From assembly GCA_964650465.1 (NCBI GenBank), contig CAZYTA010000003.1, forward strand, positions 32,268 through 96,267: a stretch of 64,000 nt of DNA, given 5' to 3'. The DNA is from an uncultured Oscillospiraceae bacterium (GTDB taxonomy: Bacteria; Bacillota; Clostridia; Oscillospirales; SIG627). Position numbers and translations under genes: made by a program. Positions 39,095-49,114 of the stretch are shown here, piece by piece. The notes beneath the pieces are model-generated. The model saw only the letters and a program-made list of their open reading frames with translations, did not search any database and was not told where the DNA came from. Within the stretch, counting starts at the first letter, position 1. The number at the start of each line of letters is the position of its first letter.

Positions 39095-39985
39095 TTATGC
39101 CATATAATATTTTTTCATCATTGTTTTTGTGAACTCAAGGAGGAAAAGTGCTTCGCTGTCAAGCTTTTCTTCGGTGAGACCTTCCTGGAGGTTACGCCAT
39201 GTGCGGATATCGTAGCCTACCTCGTTGCCCATGCGGAGAAAGGGCTCTGATACGATGTCCTTCTTGTATCCGATATCGCTGAGCGCCTTGAATATCTCAT
39301 TCCAGTCAAGGTGTCCTCTTCCGGGCACATTACGGTTATTCTCGCCTGTGTGGAAGTGACGGAGTCTGCTGCCTACAAGACGGATAGCATCTCCGATATT
39401 ATCCTCCTCAATGCCCATGTGGTAGGTATCGAGGTGGATACCTATGTTCTTGCTGTTTACCATATCGGCATAGGCTATAGCCTCTTTTGCGGTATTGATA
39501 ACGGGAGATTCGAAGCGGTTAACAGCTTCAACACAAACCGTAACGCCTTCCTTTTCGGCTACCTTCATTACCTGCTGCATACTGTCGACACTGCGTGCGG
39601 TGATAGCCTCCTTCTCCTTTTCGTCGATGAAATATGTAGGAACGCCCCAGCCTGCGTAGGTAACGCCCGAAAACAGCTCGCCCTCCATAACAGCAATCTT
39701 TCTGACGATGTTTGAGAGGTATTCGACACCGCCGCGGCGGATTTCGGCATCGGGATTTGCCACATCGTATTTGGGGTTGAGACCGAGGCTGTAGGAAAGC
39801 TTTATTCCGCGCTCATCTGCATACTTCTTGATTTCGCGGCATTCTGCATCGGTCATTTCAAGAAGGGGCTGAGCCTGAAACTCAAGGATATCGAAGCCAA
39901 GCTTCTTCACCTTGTCGATGTAATACTTATAGTTGATAGTCCATGACTGCTCCCAGAAGTTTACGAAAATACCAAGCTTATTCAT
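39095..39985 (-). CDS. Ketose 3-epimerase-like TIM-barrel protein (D-psicose/D-tagatose 3-epimerase family)
   Basis: 296-aa xylose-isomerase-like barrel. The layout (…VCVEAVNRFE…HLDTYHMGIEE…HFHTGENNR) is typical of DTE/DPE enzymes. RBS is AAGGAG. Confidence 0.55.
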   Translation of the reverse strand: MNKLGIFVNFWEQSWTINYKYYIDKVKKLGFDILEFQAQPLLEMTDAECREIKKYADERGIKLSYSLGLNPKYDVANPDAEIRRGGVEYLSNIVRKIAVMEGELFSGVTYAGWGVPTYFIDEKEKEAITARSVDSMQQVMKVAEKEGVTVCVEAVNRFESPVINTAKEAIAYADMVNSKNIGIHLDTYHMGIEEDNIGDAIRLVGSRLRHFHTGENNRNVPGRGHLDWNEIFKALSDIGYKKDIVSEPFLRMGNEVGYDIRTWRNLQEGLTEEKLDSEALFLLEFTKTMMKKYYMA

Positions 39986-39997
39986 TTTTCATACTCC

Positions 39998-41392
39998 TTA
40001 CAATATATCTATTTTATAGCCGAGATACTTATCAAATGCCTCGCGTACCGCTTCTGCCCAATGACCTCTTGTAACCGCTACATGATGGCGGTAGCCGTTT
40101 GTTGCCATGAAGTTGAGAAGTGTGCTTACATTCTCCTTACAGAATACCGCACCGCTTCCGAAAAATTCCTTCTGAATGGGGTCATCTGTAAGCTTACCCT
40201 CTGCGGCGAAGGCACAAAGCTCGCCGTTTTCGGTCTTGAAGCTTCCGATAGTTACATCGTCAACAATGAACTGACCCTTATTTACGCCGACACCGCTTCC
40301 CTCGCCGTAAGACTTCTTGAACATAAGATGCTCAATAATCTTGCCCTTGTTTCTCATAAGAGATATAGGTGCGGGACCGCAGTGGAAGAGAATTATCTTA
40401 TCCTTATCGTCGCCGTAGTTGTTGTTGACATCAAGGAGCATTACGGGGTAGTCAGCCGCAAGTCCGACTGCGCGCATCATGACAGCGTTGGTGATATCAA
40501 GCTCGCAGGCGGCATGGATTCCCTTTTCATTAAGGTCTCCGAGAATGAGACAGGGGGCTATACCGTACCTTGTCTGAAGCTCGTTCCAGCAACGGATAGC
40601 AATTGCTTGGAGGTCAAATTCCTCAATAAGACCGTCGATAACAACGCCGAGTCTTGAAATGTTCTCAAGCTTTTCGGGAGGATAATTTCCAAAATCGGAA
40701 AGTCCTGCATAGTAATTCATCTTATCCTTAAGAAGCGTGCTGTTCACATTGTCCATTCGGTCGAACACCAAGGACAGATCGATGGTCTCCACATTTATAC
40801 GCTTGTTCTGAAGTGCAATTTCATCACAGCGGACACTCTTGAAGGCGGTAGTTCTTGCGCCGATAGCGCCTATGTTTACCCTTCTCATACCTGAAACCAC
40901 TCGGCAGGTACCTGCAAAGAGCCTCAAATCCTCTGCAAAGGACTCAGAAAGAGGATGCACGCAGAATTCCCTTGTAAGAGTATACTTAATGTTAAGCTGA
41001 CGGAGTACATTACACATAGCAAACTTACCGCAAACGGCATCTCTTCTGTGGTCAAAGTCCATCTTGCCGTCCTCGTCGGGATAAGCCTGCACAAGCACGG
41101 GAACATCGATGTCGCGGAATGCGGCAGAAGCTCCGTTCTCGTCTCCGAAGTTGGGAAGGCAGAGAATTATGCCGTCATACTCACCTCTGTGGTCATCAAG
41201 GAACTGTGCGTAAGCCTTGCCCTCGGTCAGCGTTTCAACAGCGCCGTAGCGGGTAAGGGACTCGTCCATGATTATATAGCCGTAGCCGTTCTGCTCGCAA
41301 GCCTTGATCATATCGGCTCTTGCCGATGCAATAAGCTCACCCGGGAAAAATCCTCGGTTGCCGAAATATAATGCAAATGTAGTTTTTTTCAA
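39998..41392 (-). CDS. L-fucose isomerase family protein (FucI-like, short form)
   Basis: About 465 aa. Probable TTG start 6 nt after a GAGGTG RBS. The ORF track gives an ATG at 41413, 7 codons upstream. Confidence 0.55.
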   Translation of the reverse strand: MKKTTFALYFGNRGFFPGELIASARADMIKACEQNGYGYIIMDESLTRYGAVETLTEGKAYAQFLDDHRGEYDGIILCLPNFGDENGASAAFRDIDVPVLVQAYPDEDGKMDFDHRRDAVCGKFAMCNVLRQLNIKYTLTREFCVHPLSESFAEDLRLFAGTCRVVSGMRRVNIGAIGARTTAFKSVRCDEIALQNKRINVETIDLSLVFDRMDNVNSTLLKDKMNYYAGLSDFGNYPPEKLENISRLGVVIDGLIEEFDLQAIAIRCWNELQTRYGIAPCLILGDLNEKGIHAACELDITNAVMMRAVGLAADYPVMLLDVNNNYGDDKDKIILFHCGPAPISLMRNKGKIIEHLMFKKSYGEGSGVGVNKGQFIVDDVTIGSFKTENGELCAFAAEGKLTDDPIQKEFFGSGAVFCKENVSTLLNFMATNGYRHHVAVTRGHWAEAVREAFDKYLGYKIDIL

Positions 41393-41538
41393 TATTATCA
41401 CCTCGAATATCATTATACAGATATTTTGTCAAACATTATAGGCATAAGTTGCCCTAAAGTATGATAAAATCTTCCCGAATGTATAATTTTTGTATTGCAA
41501 TTTCGATATAGTCATGTTAATATAGAGTGGGTGATAGA

Positions 41539-42399
41539 ATGATAATTAACTTTAATATTGACAGGCTGAACGGCTTGCTTCTTGATTTTTACAAGCTTAC
41601 GGGGCTTACTATCAGTGTATGGGACAAGGATTTCAATCAGCTTTCCTTTCAGCCCTCCGATATGCCCGGCTTTTGCCGTATGATAAAGGAGACAAAGGAG
41701 GGCAACAGCCGCTGTCTTGAAAGCGACAAGAAAATATGTATGATGTGTCGGTCAACTGGAGAAGCACAGACACACATATGCCATGCAGGCTTGATAGATA
41801 CCGCAATCCCAATAAAATTCAAGGACAGCATTTTAGGATACATGATGTTCGGTCAGGCAAGTCCCGAGGAGGACGGGAAAAGACTCACACAAAGGATAAA
41901 AAAGTTAAGCCGCGAGCTGAAAATAGATGAGCAGGAGCTGTTTTACTCCCATCGTGAGCTGACAAAATACCAGCCCGACATAGTGCAATCGGCAGCAAAT
42001 ATTCTGAAAATGGCTACCCGTTACCTGTGGCTTTCCGATATGATACAGATAAGCAGTGACGGAATCAGCGAGAGAATAAGCGAATATGTGAGGTCGAATA
42101 TTTCATCAAAGATAACCGTAGAAATGCTTTGCAGTGAGTTCAATATATCGAAAAACAAGCTCTATGCCCTGACTCAAAAGGCATGGGGAATGAACATAGG
42201 AGAATATGTGTCCTCTCAAAGAATAGAGAGTGCAAAGGCACTGCTGACCACTACCGACATGCCCATATCTGAGGTATGCCACGCAGTAGGCATTGTGGAG
42301 TACAATTATTTTACAAAGCTGTTCAAAAAGCAGACGGGGTACACTCCCCTGTCCTACCGTAAGAAATTCCCCTTTGTGCTGAATGCAAGCAAAGGCTGA
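41539..42399 (+). CDS. PocR-sensor AraC family transcriptional regulator
   Basis: N-terminal cysteine-containing PocR-like ligand-binding domain (FCRMIKETKEGNSRCLESDKKICMMCRS…CHAGLIDTAIPI). C-terminal HTH_AraC. Confidence 0.65.
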   Translation: MIINFNIDRLNGLLLDFYKLTGLTISVWDKDFNQLSFQPSDMPGFCRMIKETKEGNSRCLESDKKICMMCRSTGEAQTHICHAGLIDTAIPIKFKDSILGYMMFGQASPEEDGKRLTQRIKKLSRELKIDEQELFYSHRELTKYQPDIVQSAANILKMATRYLWLSDMIQISSDGISERISEYVRSNISSKITVEMLCSEFNISKNKLYALTQKAWGMNIGEYVSSQRIESAKALLTTTDMPISEVCHAVGIVEYNYFTKLFKKQTGYTPLSYRKKFPFVLNASKG

Positions 42400-42422
42400 G
42401 TCATGTTGACTCAGCCTTTTGA

Positions 42423-44351
42423 TTATTGGTTTACTATTTCGTTTTTAACCACCGATTTAAGCATACCGCCGATGCGGATTATAAATTGATCGTTGTCAAG
42501 TATTTTGTGGTAAACGGGCTCGTTGCGCTTAAGTATATCCACGAGCTCGGACCAAAGAATATCCGCTTCGTCGCTTTTGCCGATATTCTTGTATAACAGC
42601 GCATTGGCAAGGTGTAGCATCACCTCGTTGTGATACAGGAGATATCCCCACGATTTTTTCACATTGCCCGCCTCAAGCTCTGTATGCTTTTGAATTACAG
42701 GCTTGAATTCATGGAGTAATGCGATACATTTCTTTATATTTTCCAAATTAGCAATGCTTTCCTCGGAGCCGTTTACAAAGCCGCTGATTTTTTCAAGGTA
42801 TTGCTTTACGGCAAGTCCGTTTTTACCGAAGGCGGACATAAAGTATTTGGTGCTTTCGGCTTCAAAGTCGGCATCTTTATTCCAGAGAGCTACAGCCATC
42901 ATATATGTTGGCAATGCAGTAGGAAAAGCGTTTCTTGTTACCTGACAGCTTACCATTCCGTTGAGGGAAAGTCTGTCAAGATTTTGCATATCGGTGAATA
43001 CCCTTCGGGCAATATACATACCGCCGAGGTCTCTCCACTGACGGGCAAAAAGGTGATAATCAAAATCAAAGGAATCACCGTCGAATATATCCTGCCACTC
43101 CGAAAGGAGCTTGGCGCACTTGCCAATGTCAGAGGGTGATACAGACTTATTCTTTACGTAGGGAACACTCTCATATGAACGAGGGTCGGTGATGCTGTCA
43201 AAGCCGTATTCGTATGAACGACCCCCGGGGGCAAGCATTAGGACAAAACGATCTTTGTTGTAAAAGCGCTCCTTGACGGGTGCCCAGGTAACGTCGGTAT
43301 AAGTAAGGAATACTATTTTCGTGTCAATGCCAAGGTCCGTGAGCCTTCTGTCAAGGTCATTGAGCATCATTACATAATAATCTGAAGGGCGCTCAACGCA
43401 GTTTTCACACTCACATGAATTTTTCTGACCATCCGCCAGCCAGAAGTGAAGCAAGTCAACCTTCGGGTTTTCCTTGCAGTAATCAACTATTGAACTGACA
43501 ATTATCTCACGCACCTTGGGATTTGAATAGCAGAGGTTTGTCCAATTCGGTACATTACCGTGAAATTCACGCTTGCCGTTTTTCATGGCAAGATGCCACT
43601 TTCTGTCCTCAGGAACAGAATTCGGCTCGACGGGATAACCTCCGTTGCCCTCAAAGCCAAAGGGAGTGCTTGTCCAGCCGTGTCCAACATGGTGAAACAG
43701 AAGTCCGCGCTTCTTCATTTCCTCCACAAGAGAATCAAACATAGCTGTGACATCCTCACGGCTGACCGTTTCGCCGTCAATATATTCGTTTGCGTAATGG
43801 GTATACCATCTGTCCATAAAGCGAAAAGGTATAAAGAACTGAAAGAAATAACCGCTCATACCCATGCGGGGAAGCCACTTTATCATATTAAGTATATGCT
43901 CGTAGGAAACATCTCCCTCAATGCATATTGCTCTGTGGCGGTAGGATGCCTTTTCACTTACATCAACATTGATATCGGTTATTTTGTATTCGGGAATAAT
44001 TTCGCCGTCATCTGTAGGTCTCACCCATGCCACACCAAGCTCACGCAGGAAGCGGTAAGCGGCAATAAGCACCGCACCCGAATTACAGCCTGTAATGATA
44101 CCTGCATTGTTTTTTACATTGATATATATGGAAGTATCAAGCCTTTTATCCTCTACAGCGGGAAGGAGGGAGGAAAACGCCTCACTCTCCCCTACCCATA
44201 TAACTCTGTCAACGGATTTATCGTATTCGTTATAATAACGGACATCAACAAAAAGTGAGCTGTCGATTTTTTTAAGATAGCTATAAAGCTCTTCAACGGC
44301 ATATGCTGCCGCAGGGCTGCTTCCTATTCTTGCAAGAGTTATTCTTGTCAT
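42423..44351 (-). CDS. Hypothetical 642-aa protein, paralog 1 (GH20b-like N-domain + barrel; DUF4838-like?)
   Basis: About 65-70% identical by eye to the adjacent paralog. Conserved CECENC motif. Start set at MTRITLARIG, preceded by AGGTGG. Confidence 0.55.
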   Translation of the reverse strand: MTRITLARIGSSPAAAYAVEELYSYLKKIDSSLFVDVRYYNEYDKSVDRVIWVGESEAFSSLLPAVEDKRLDTSIYINVKNNAGIITGCNSGAVLIAAYRFLRELGVAWVRPTDDGEIIPEYKITDINVDVSEKASYRHRAICIEGDVSYEHILNMIKWLPRMGMSGYFFQFFIPFRFMDRWYTHYANEYIDGETVSREDVTAMFDSLVEEMKKRGLLFHHVGHGWTSTPFGFEGNGGYPVEPNSVPEDRKWHLAMKNGKREFHGNVPNWTNLCYSNPKVREIIVSSIVDYCKENPKVDLLHFWLADGQKNSCECENCVERPSDYYVMMLNDLDRRLTDLGIDTKIVFLTYTDVTWAPVKERFYNKDRFVLMLAPGGRSYEYGFDSITDPRSYESVPYVKNKSVSPSDIGKCAKLLSEWQDIFDGDSFDFDYHLFARQWRDLGGMYIARRVFTDMQNLDRLSLNGMVSCQVTRNAFPTALPTYMMAVALWNKDADFEAESTKYFMSAFGKNGLAVKQYLEKISGFVNGSEESIANLENIKKCIALLHEFKPVIQKHTELEAGNVKKSWGYLLYHNEVMLHLANALLYKNIGKSDEADILWSELVDILKRNEPVYHKILDNDQFIIRIGGMLKSVVKNEIVNQ

Positions 44352-44403
44352 AATCCACCTATTCAAGCCGTTGTGCAGAATGACACAACGGCTTGCTTGA
44401 AAA

Positions 44404-46335
44404 TTACATAATTGATTTTTTGACTATACCGTGAACCTGCATAACATCGAGGACCTTATGGAGGCTTGTTTCGTTTCTCATAAGGTAATCGACAAAGGAG
44501 CCTACTGCCTTATCGACAGTTCCTTCGTTGCCTTCTATTGCCTGAATTACGCAATTTACGAAATATTCAACATATACCTTGTGAAGAACAAGATATTCCC
44601 AGGATTTGAGCTGACCTGCAGGAAGGTTCTTTGCGAGATTCTTCTTTACTGTTGCTTCAAATTCAGCAACGAGTGCCAAAGCCTTCTTGACAAGTGCAAG
44701 ACGCTTTTCCTTTTCATAGGGGCGGTTGCCTACCTGACGGGAGTACACAGGGTCCACGAGGTCGCTGAGGGTCATCATATATTCCTTTACAGCCTTCCAA
44801 TCCTCGCCGAATGCCGACTTGAAGTAGGTATCACACCTTTCGTCAAAGTCGCAGGTCTCGTCCCAAAGGGCATCTGCCATGAGCTGCATGGGCAGGTTTG
44901 TGGGGAATGCACAGCGGGTAAGCTGACAGGACACCATACCGTCAAGACCTATTTTGTGAAGGGCTTGCATATCGCGGAAGAGGATATTTGCAACCTTGTA
45001 ATAACCGAGGTCATAGAGGTGATCCCACATAAGATGATAGTCGAATACGAAGCTGTCCTCGGAATGTATCTTTTTCCAGCCCTTGAGAAGCTCGAAGTTT
45101 ACACCTACATCCTTGGGGAAGTTAAGCTTATTCTTGATATATTCGGGTGCATCGTAGGTCTTTGTCATATCAAGCTGGTCATAGCTCTGTGAGTATGAGC
45201 GTGTGATAGGTGCGAACATGAGTACAAAGCGGTCGGGGTTGTTGAAGCTCTCCTTGAGGGGACCCCAAAGAAGATCCACATATATAAGGAATACTATCTT
45301 GGTATCGACACCCATTTTTGCAAGCTTTGCATCAACCTCGTTAAGCATCATTACGAAGTAATCCGAGGGGCGCTCAACACAGTTTTCGCACTCGCAGTTA
45401 TTGTTTGAGCCGTCTGCAAGCCAGAAGTGGAGGTATTTTACCTCGGGGTTATCGCGGCAGTATTCAGCCATGGCAGTGGTGAGAGTGTCACGCACCTTGG
45501 GATTTGAGTAGCAGAGGTTTGTATTGAGCGGTACATCGCCCCAGAATTTGCGCTCGCCGTCTACCATGGCAAGAATGTCTCTTATTTCCTGCGAAACATC
45601 CTCGGTGTTTACCTTTACCCAGCCGTCGCCGCCGGGAATGCCGAAGGGCTCACAGGTCCATCCGTGGCCTACCTTATGAAGAAGAAGCTCTCTCTTTTCT
45701 ATTTCCTCGGAGAGCTGAGAAACTATTGCGTCTACATCCTCTCTCGACACATTTTCGCTGTCATAATTGGGGTTGCTTGTATGGCTATACCATCTGTCGA
45801 AAAAGTGGAAGGGACGGTTGAACTGGAAGAAATAGCCGCTCATGCCCGCTCTGGGTATCCACTTTATCATATTTAAAACATGCTCGTAGGAAACCGAGCC
45901 CTCGATACATACTGCTCTGTGGCGGTAGGACGCCTTCTCCTGTACATTTACATTTATGTCTGTTACTGTATATTCGGGCACAACCTCGCCGTCGTCGGTG
46001 GGTCTTACCCATGCGACACCAAGCTCCTTGAGGAATCGGTATGCGGCAATGAGGACAGACCTGGGATTACAGCCTGTAATGACACCTGCGTTGTTCTCAA
46101 CCGAAATGAAAATAGAATCATCTCTCTTGGGGTCCTTTACTTCAAGAAGCCTTGAGTTAAGCTTCTCACTGTTACCAACCCATATAACTCTGTCAACCGA
46201 CTCATCGTAATCCGAATATGCACGGATATCAACAAAGAGTGTGCTGTCGATTTTTTTGAGGTAGGTATAAAGCTCCTCAACTGCATAATTTACAGTTTCG
46301 TTTCTGCCTATTTTGGCAAGTGTTATTCTTGTCAT
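44404..46335 (-). CDS. Hypothetical 643-aa protein, paralog 2
   Basis: Tandem duplicate of the downstream gene. RBS is AAGGAGAA. Confidence 0.55.
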   Translation of the reverse strand: MTRITLAKIGRNETVNYAVEELYTYLKKIDSTLFVDIRAYSDYDESVDRVIWVGNSEKLNSRLLEVKDPKRDDSIFISVENNAGVITGCNPRSVLIAAYRFLKELGVAWVRPTDDGEVVPEYTVTDINVNVQEKASYRHRAVCIEGSVSYEHVLNMIKWIPRAGMSGYFFQFNRPFHFFDRWYSHTSNPNYDSENVSREDVDAIVSQLSEEIEKRELLLHKVGHGWTCEPFGIPGGDGWVKVNTEDVSQEIRDILAMVDGERKFWGDVPLNTNLCYSNPKVRDTLTTAMAEYCRDNPEVKYLHFWLADGSNNNCECENCVERPSDYFVMMLNEVDAKLAKMGVDTKIVFLIYVDLLWGPLKESFNNPDRFVLMFAPITRSYSQSYDQLDMTKTYDAPEYIKNKLNFPKDVGVNFELLKGWKKIHSEDSFVFDYHLMWDHLYDLGYYKVANILFRDMQALHKIGLDGMVSCQLTRCAFPTNLPMQLMADALWDETCDFDERCDTYFKSAFGEDWKAVKEYMMTLSDLVDPVYSRQVGNRPYEKEKRLALVKKALALVAEFEATVKKNLAKNLPAGQLKSWEYLVLHKVYVEYFVNCVIQAIEGNEGTVDKAVGSFVDYLMRNETSLHKVLDVMQVHGIVKKSIM

Positions 46336-46440
46336 GTTTTTTCTCCTTTTCGGGATTTATTTACTGATTTGAGTGTAGCACAAAATAGGCGATTAGTCAA
46401 TGGATTTACGGAAATCGTCGGTTAATTTCCCCGATAAATA

Positions 46441-46476
46441 CAAAGACTGCCGTTTTTTGAGAACGGCAGTCTTTGT
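46441..46476. terminator. Hairpin terminator
   Basis: CAAAGACTGCCGTT-ttttgaga-AACGGCAGTCTTTG. Confidence 0.6.
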
Positions 46477-46478
46477 AT

Positions 46479-46994
46479 TTAGTCTTCTACGTATTTATAC
46501 ATTTTTTCGGGGTATATGAGCTGTGCTACCCTTTTATTTTCGTAATGTACTACATAGTACATATCCTTTAGTGTTGCAAGCTGAAAGGCAGTGTTATCCA
46601 CAATTACTTCGTCAAAGCCTTCAAAGTACAAATTTTTATAGATGCGAAAATGCTTTCCGTTACGTTCTGTTTTCTCTTCCTTATATTGCAATTCACAGAC
46701 AGATATCTTGAACTTGCCTTTTTTAATAAGTGACTTGGCTCTTAAAGCATCACATATGCAATAAATGAAAAAAAGCAATGGGAAACTTAATATAACTGCA
46801 ATTACGACAGCTACCGCCATAACCGACTTTTCTACAGCAACATACACCGCTAATATAACGCAAGGTAAAAGGAGCACGTATATTCCGCAGAGCAGCAGAT
46901 TTATTTTTATCGTGTCGTTAATTCCCTTGTACAATTCCTTTTCAACCGATCTGCGTGTAATACTGTTTTTTGTTTGCACGTTTGAATAATACAT
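46479..46994 (-). CDS. Hypothetical membrane protein
   Basis: 171 aa with two central TM helices. No recognisable family. Confidence 0.4.
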   Translation of the reverse strand: MYYSNVQTKNSITRRSVEKELYKGINDTIKINLLLCGIYVLLLPCVILAVYVAVEKSVMAVAVVIAVILSFPLLFFIYCICDALRAKSLIKKGKFKISVCELQYKEEKTERNGKHFRIYKNLYFEGFDEVIVDNTAFQLATLKDMYYVVHYENKRVAQLIYPEKMYKYVED

Positions 46995-47038
46995 TTTTCC
47001 TGCCTATCTGCGTTTATACAGTTTTTATATCGGTTTGG

Positions 47039-48427
47039 TTATTCTTCTACAGGTTCTGCCGCGGGTTCGTCAACCTTTGTTCCAAGAATTGAAGGCAGCT
47101 GCATACCTGACATTGCAAAGACCTCGTCGAGAGGAGGAACAGCCTTCATCATGCCCGAAATAAAGTTTGCGGTTGAGTTTTTGCCGTCCTTGCCGTCACC
47201 GCTGTCCCATACAGTGACCTTATCAATCTTGATATTCTTGATTGCATCAACCTGTACGCGCATGAGGTCCTCAAGCTTATCGGCAATAAGAAGCTTGAGT
47301 GCCGCATCAGCGTCGCCGCCTGCGGATTTAACCACCTCTGCAAAGCCCGCCGCCTGCTTGCGAAGTATTTCCTCCACACCTCGTGCTTCTGCTTCCATCT
47401 TTGCGTAGATTGCATCGGCTTCACCCTTTGCAATTCTGCGCATTTCCTCTGCCTTTGCTTCTGCTTCAAGCTCAATTTCACGCTTTCTTGCTTCTGCCTT
47501 TACGATAATGTCAGCTTCAAGAGTAGCCTGCTCTTTTGAGCGTCTTGCTTCTTCTGCCGCTTTCTCTGCCGCATAGGACTCCTCAAGAGCCTTTGCCGCT
47601 TGAATCTTCTCGGCTGTAGTGGCAATCTTCAGCGCCTCTGCTTCCTTTTCCTTGAGAGCGGCTTCTGACATTGCTATCTTCATCTTGGCTTCGTTCTCAC
47701 CCTGAATAGCAATAGAGTCAGCCTCAGAAACCTTAATTCGCTGTTCCATCTGTGCATTTGCTTCACCGATTGAACCGTAACGCTCCTGCTCGGCAACGCT
47801 GACCTTAGCATCGTTGATAGCCTTTGCAGCAGCTTCCTTACCAAGTGCTGTTATATATCCCGATTCATCACTTATATCGGTCAGGTTAACGTTGATAAGT
47901 CTGAGACCGATTTTCTTCAGCTCGGATTCAACGTTGCTGCTTACAGCGGCAAGGAACTTATCTCTGTCTGTGTTAATTTCCTCAATATCCATTGTAGCAA
48001 TAATAAGACGAAGCTGACCGAAGATAATATCCTTTGAGAGCTCCTGTATTTCGTTGAGCTGCAGACCTAAAAGTCTTTCAGCCGCATTCTGCATTACTCC
48101 GGGCTCGGTTGAAATACCTACTGTAAATCTTGAAGGAACATCAATTCGGATATTCTGACGTGAAAGTGCGTTTTTCAGGTCTACCTGAATTGAGATGGGA
48201 GTCAGGTCAAGGTATGCATAGGACTGGAATACGGGAATTACAAATTCCGCACCGCCGTGGATACACTTGGCGCTTCTGTTGGTACCGTCCTTGTTCTTAC
48301 CGATAGAACCGTAAATTACCATTATCTTGTCGGAAGGACATTTCTTGTACCTTGAGCATACCCATGCCAAAAAGGACACGAGAACCAAAACGACTGCCGA
48401 TACTAAAATAATTACTTGTGGTTGCAT
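47039..48427 (-). CDS. Flotillin family protein (SPFH/band-7)
   Basis: N-terminal TM helix, SPFH domain, and a long EA-rich coiled-coil repeat region (…AEKAAEEARRSKEQATLEADIIVKAEARKREIELEAEAKAEEMRRIAKGEADAIY…). Confidence 0.8.
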   Translation of the reverse strand: MQPQVIILVSAVVLVLVSFLAWVCSRYKKCPSDKIMVIYGSIGKNKDGTNRSAKCIHGGAEFVIPVFQSYAYLDLTPISIQVDLKNALSRQNIRIDVPSRFTVGISTEPGVMQNAAERLLGLQLNEIQELSKDIIFGQLRLIIATMDIEEINTDRDKFLAAVSSNVESELKKIGLRLINVNLTDISDESGYITALGKEAAAKAINDAKVSVAEQERYGSIGEANAQMEQRIKVSEADSIAIQGENEAKMKIAMSEAALKEKEAEALKIATTAEKIQAAKALEESYAAEKAAEEARRSKEQATLEADIIVKAEARKREIELEAEAKAEEMRRIAKGEADAIYAKMEAEARGVEEILRKQAAGFAEVVKSAGGDADAALKLLIADKLEDLMRVQVDAIKNIKIDKVTVWDSGDGKDGKNSTANFISGMMKAVPPLDEVFAMSGMQLPSILGTKVDEPAAEPVEE

Positions 48428-48481
48428 AACTTTTATCTCCTTTTAAATTTTTTTGTTTAATTTATAAATAGCTGTTACTAT

Positions 48482-49090
48482 TTACTTTCTCTTTACCACC
48501 AGACTGGTCTGACCGCTTACGCCCGTAACAATTACCTCTGTGCCTGTTTTAATGGGCTCGGCTTCGTCTGTGACTGCGTTTATCTCGGCGTAGGTGCCCT
48601 GAAGCATTACCTGCACCTTGCCCTCTCCGCTTCTTGAGGCAGGGATTGTAAGGTATACCTTTCCTGCGGTGCCCACTGTGTTGCGGTTATCGAGATTTCC
48701 GTCGCTTCTGAGCTTCATTACCGCTCTGAGCAGGAATGCAAGAACCACCATCATGAGAAATCCGCACAGTGCCGCAACCGATACAGTTGCCAATATACCT
48801 GCGCCCGAGCTGTCAAGGACTGTACCAACCCAGCCGAACACCACGAGGAATGCCACCATGCCTCTTACGGTGAAGATGCGGAGTCCGTCAAGTCCCTCAA
48901 AATCGTGGGGTATGTCGTCAACATCGGCATCAAACTCCACCTCGGTGTCATCGGGGATATCACTGTCATCCCCGAAGCCTATCAACATGGTTGCTGTCTG
49001 TATGAGCAGTACCAGAGTTGAGGGGACTGCTATGCAGGTAAATATCTGGGATATTATGCTGAGTGAATTCCACCATTCTATTATAAACAT
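48482..49090 (-). CDS. NfeD family protein (membrane + C-terminal OB-fold)
   Basis: 202 aa. This is the classic partner gene found upstream of flotillin. Confidence 0.65.
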   Translation of the reverse strand: MFIIEWWNSLSIISQIFTCIAVPSTLVLLIQTATMLIGFGDDSDIPDDTEVEFDADVDDIPHDFEGLDGLRIFTVRGMVAFLVVFGWVGTVLDSSGAGILATVSVAALCGFLMMVVLAFLLRAVMKLRSDGNLDNRNTVGTAGKVYLTIPASRSGEGKVQVMLQGTYAEINAVTDEAEPIKTGTEVIVTGVSGQTSLVVKRK

Positions 49091-49114
49091 TATATCATCT
49101 CCTAACAGGCTGAA

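Noticed and set aside
43560-45192. 232-aa and 253-aa plus-strand ORFs
   Set aside because: Antisense shadows inside the two paralogous 645-aa genes.
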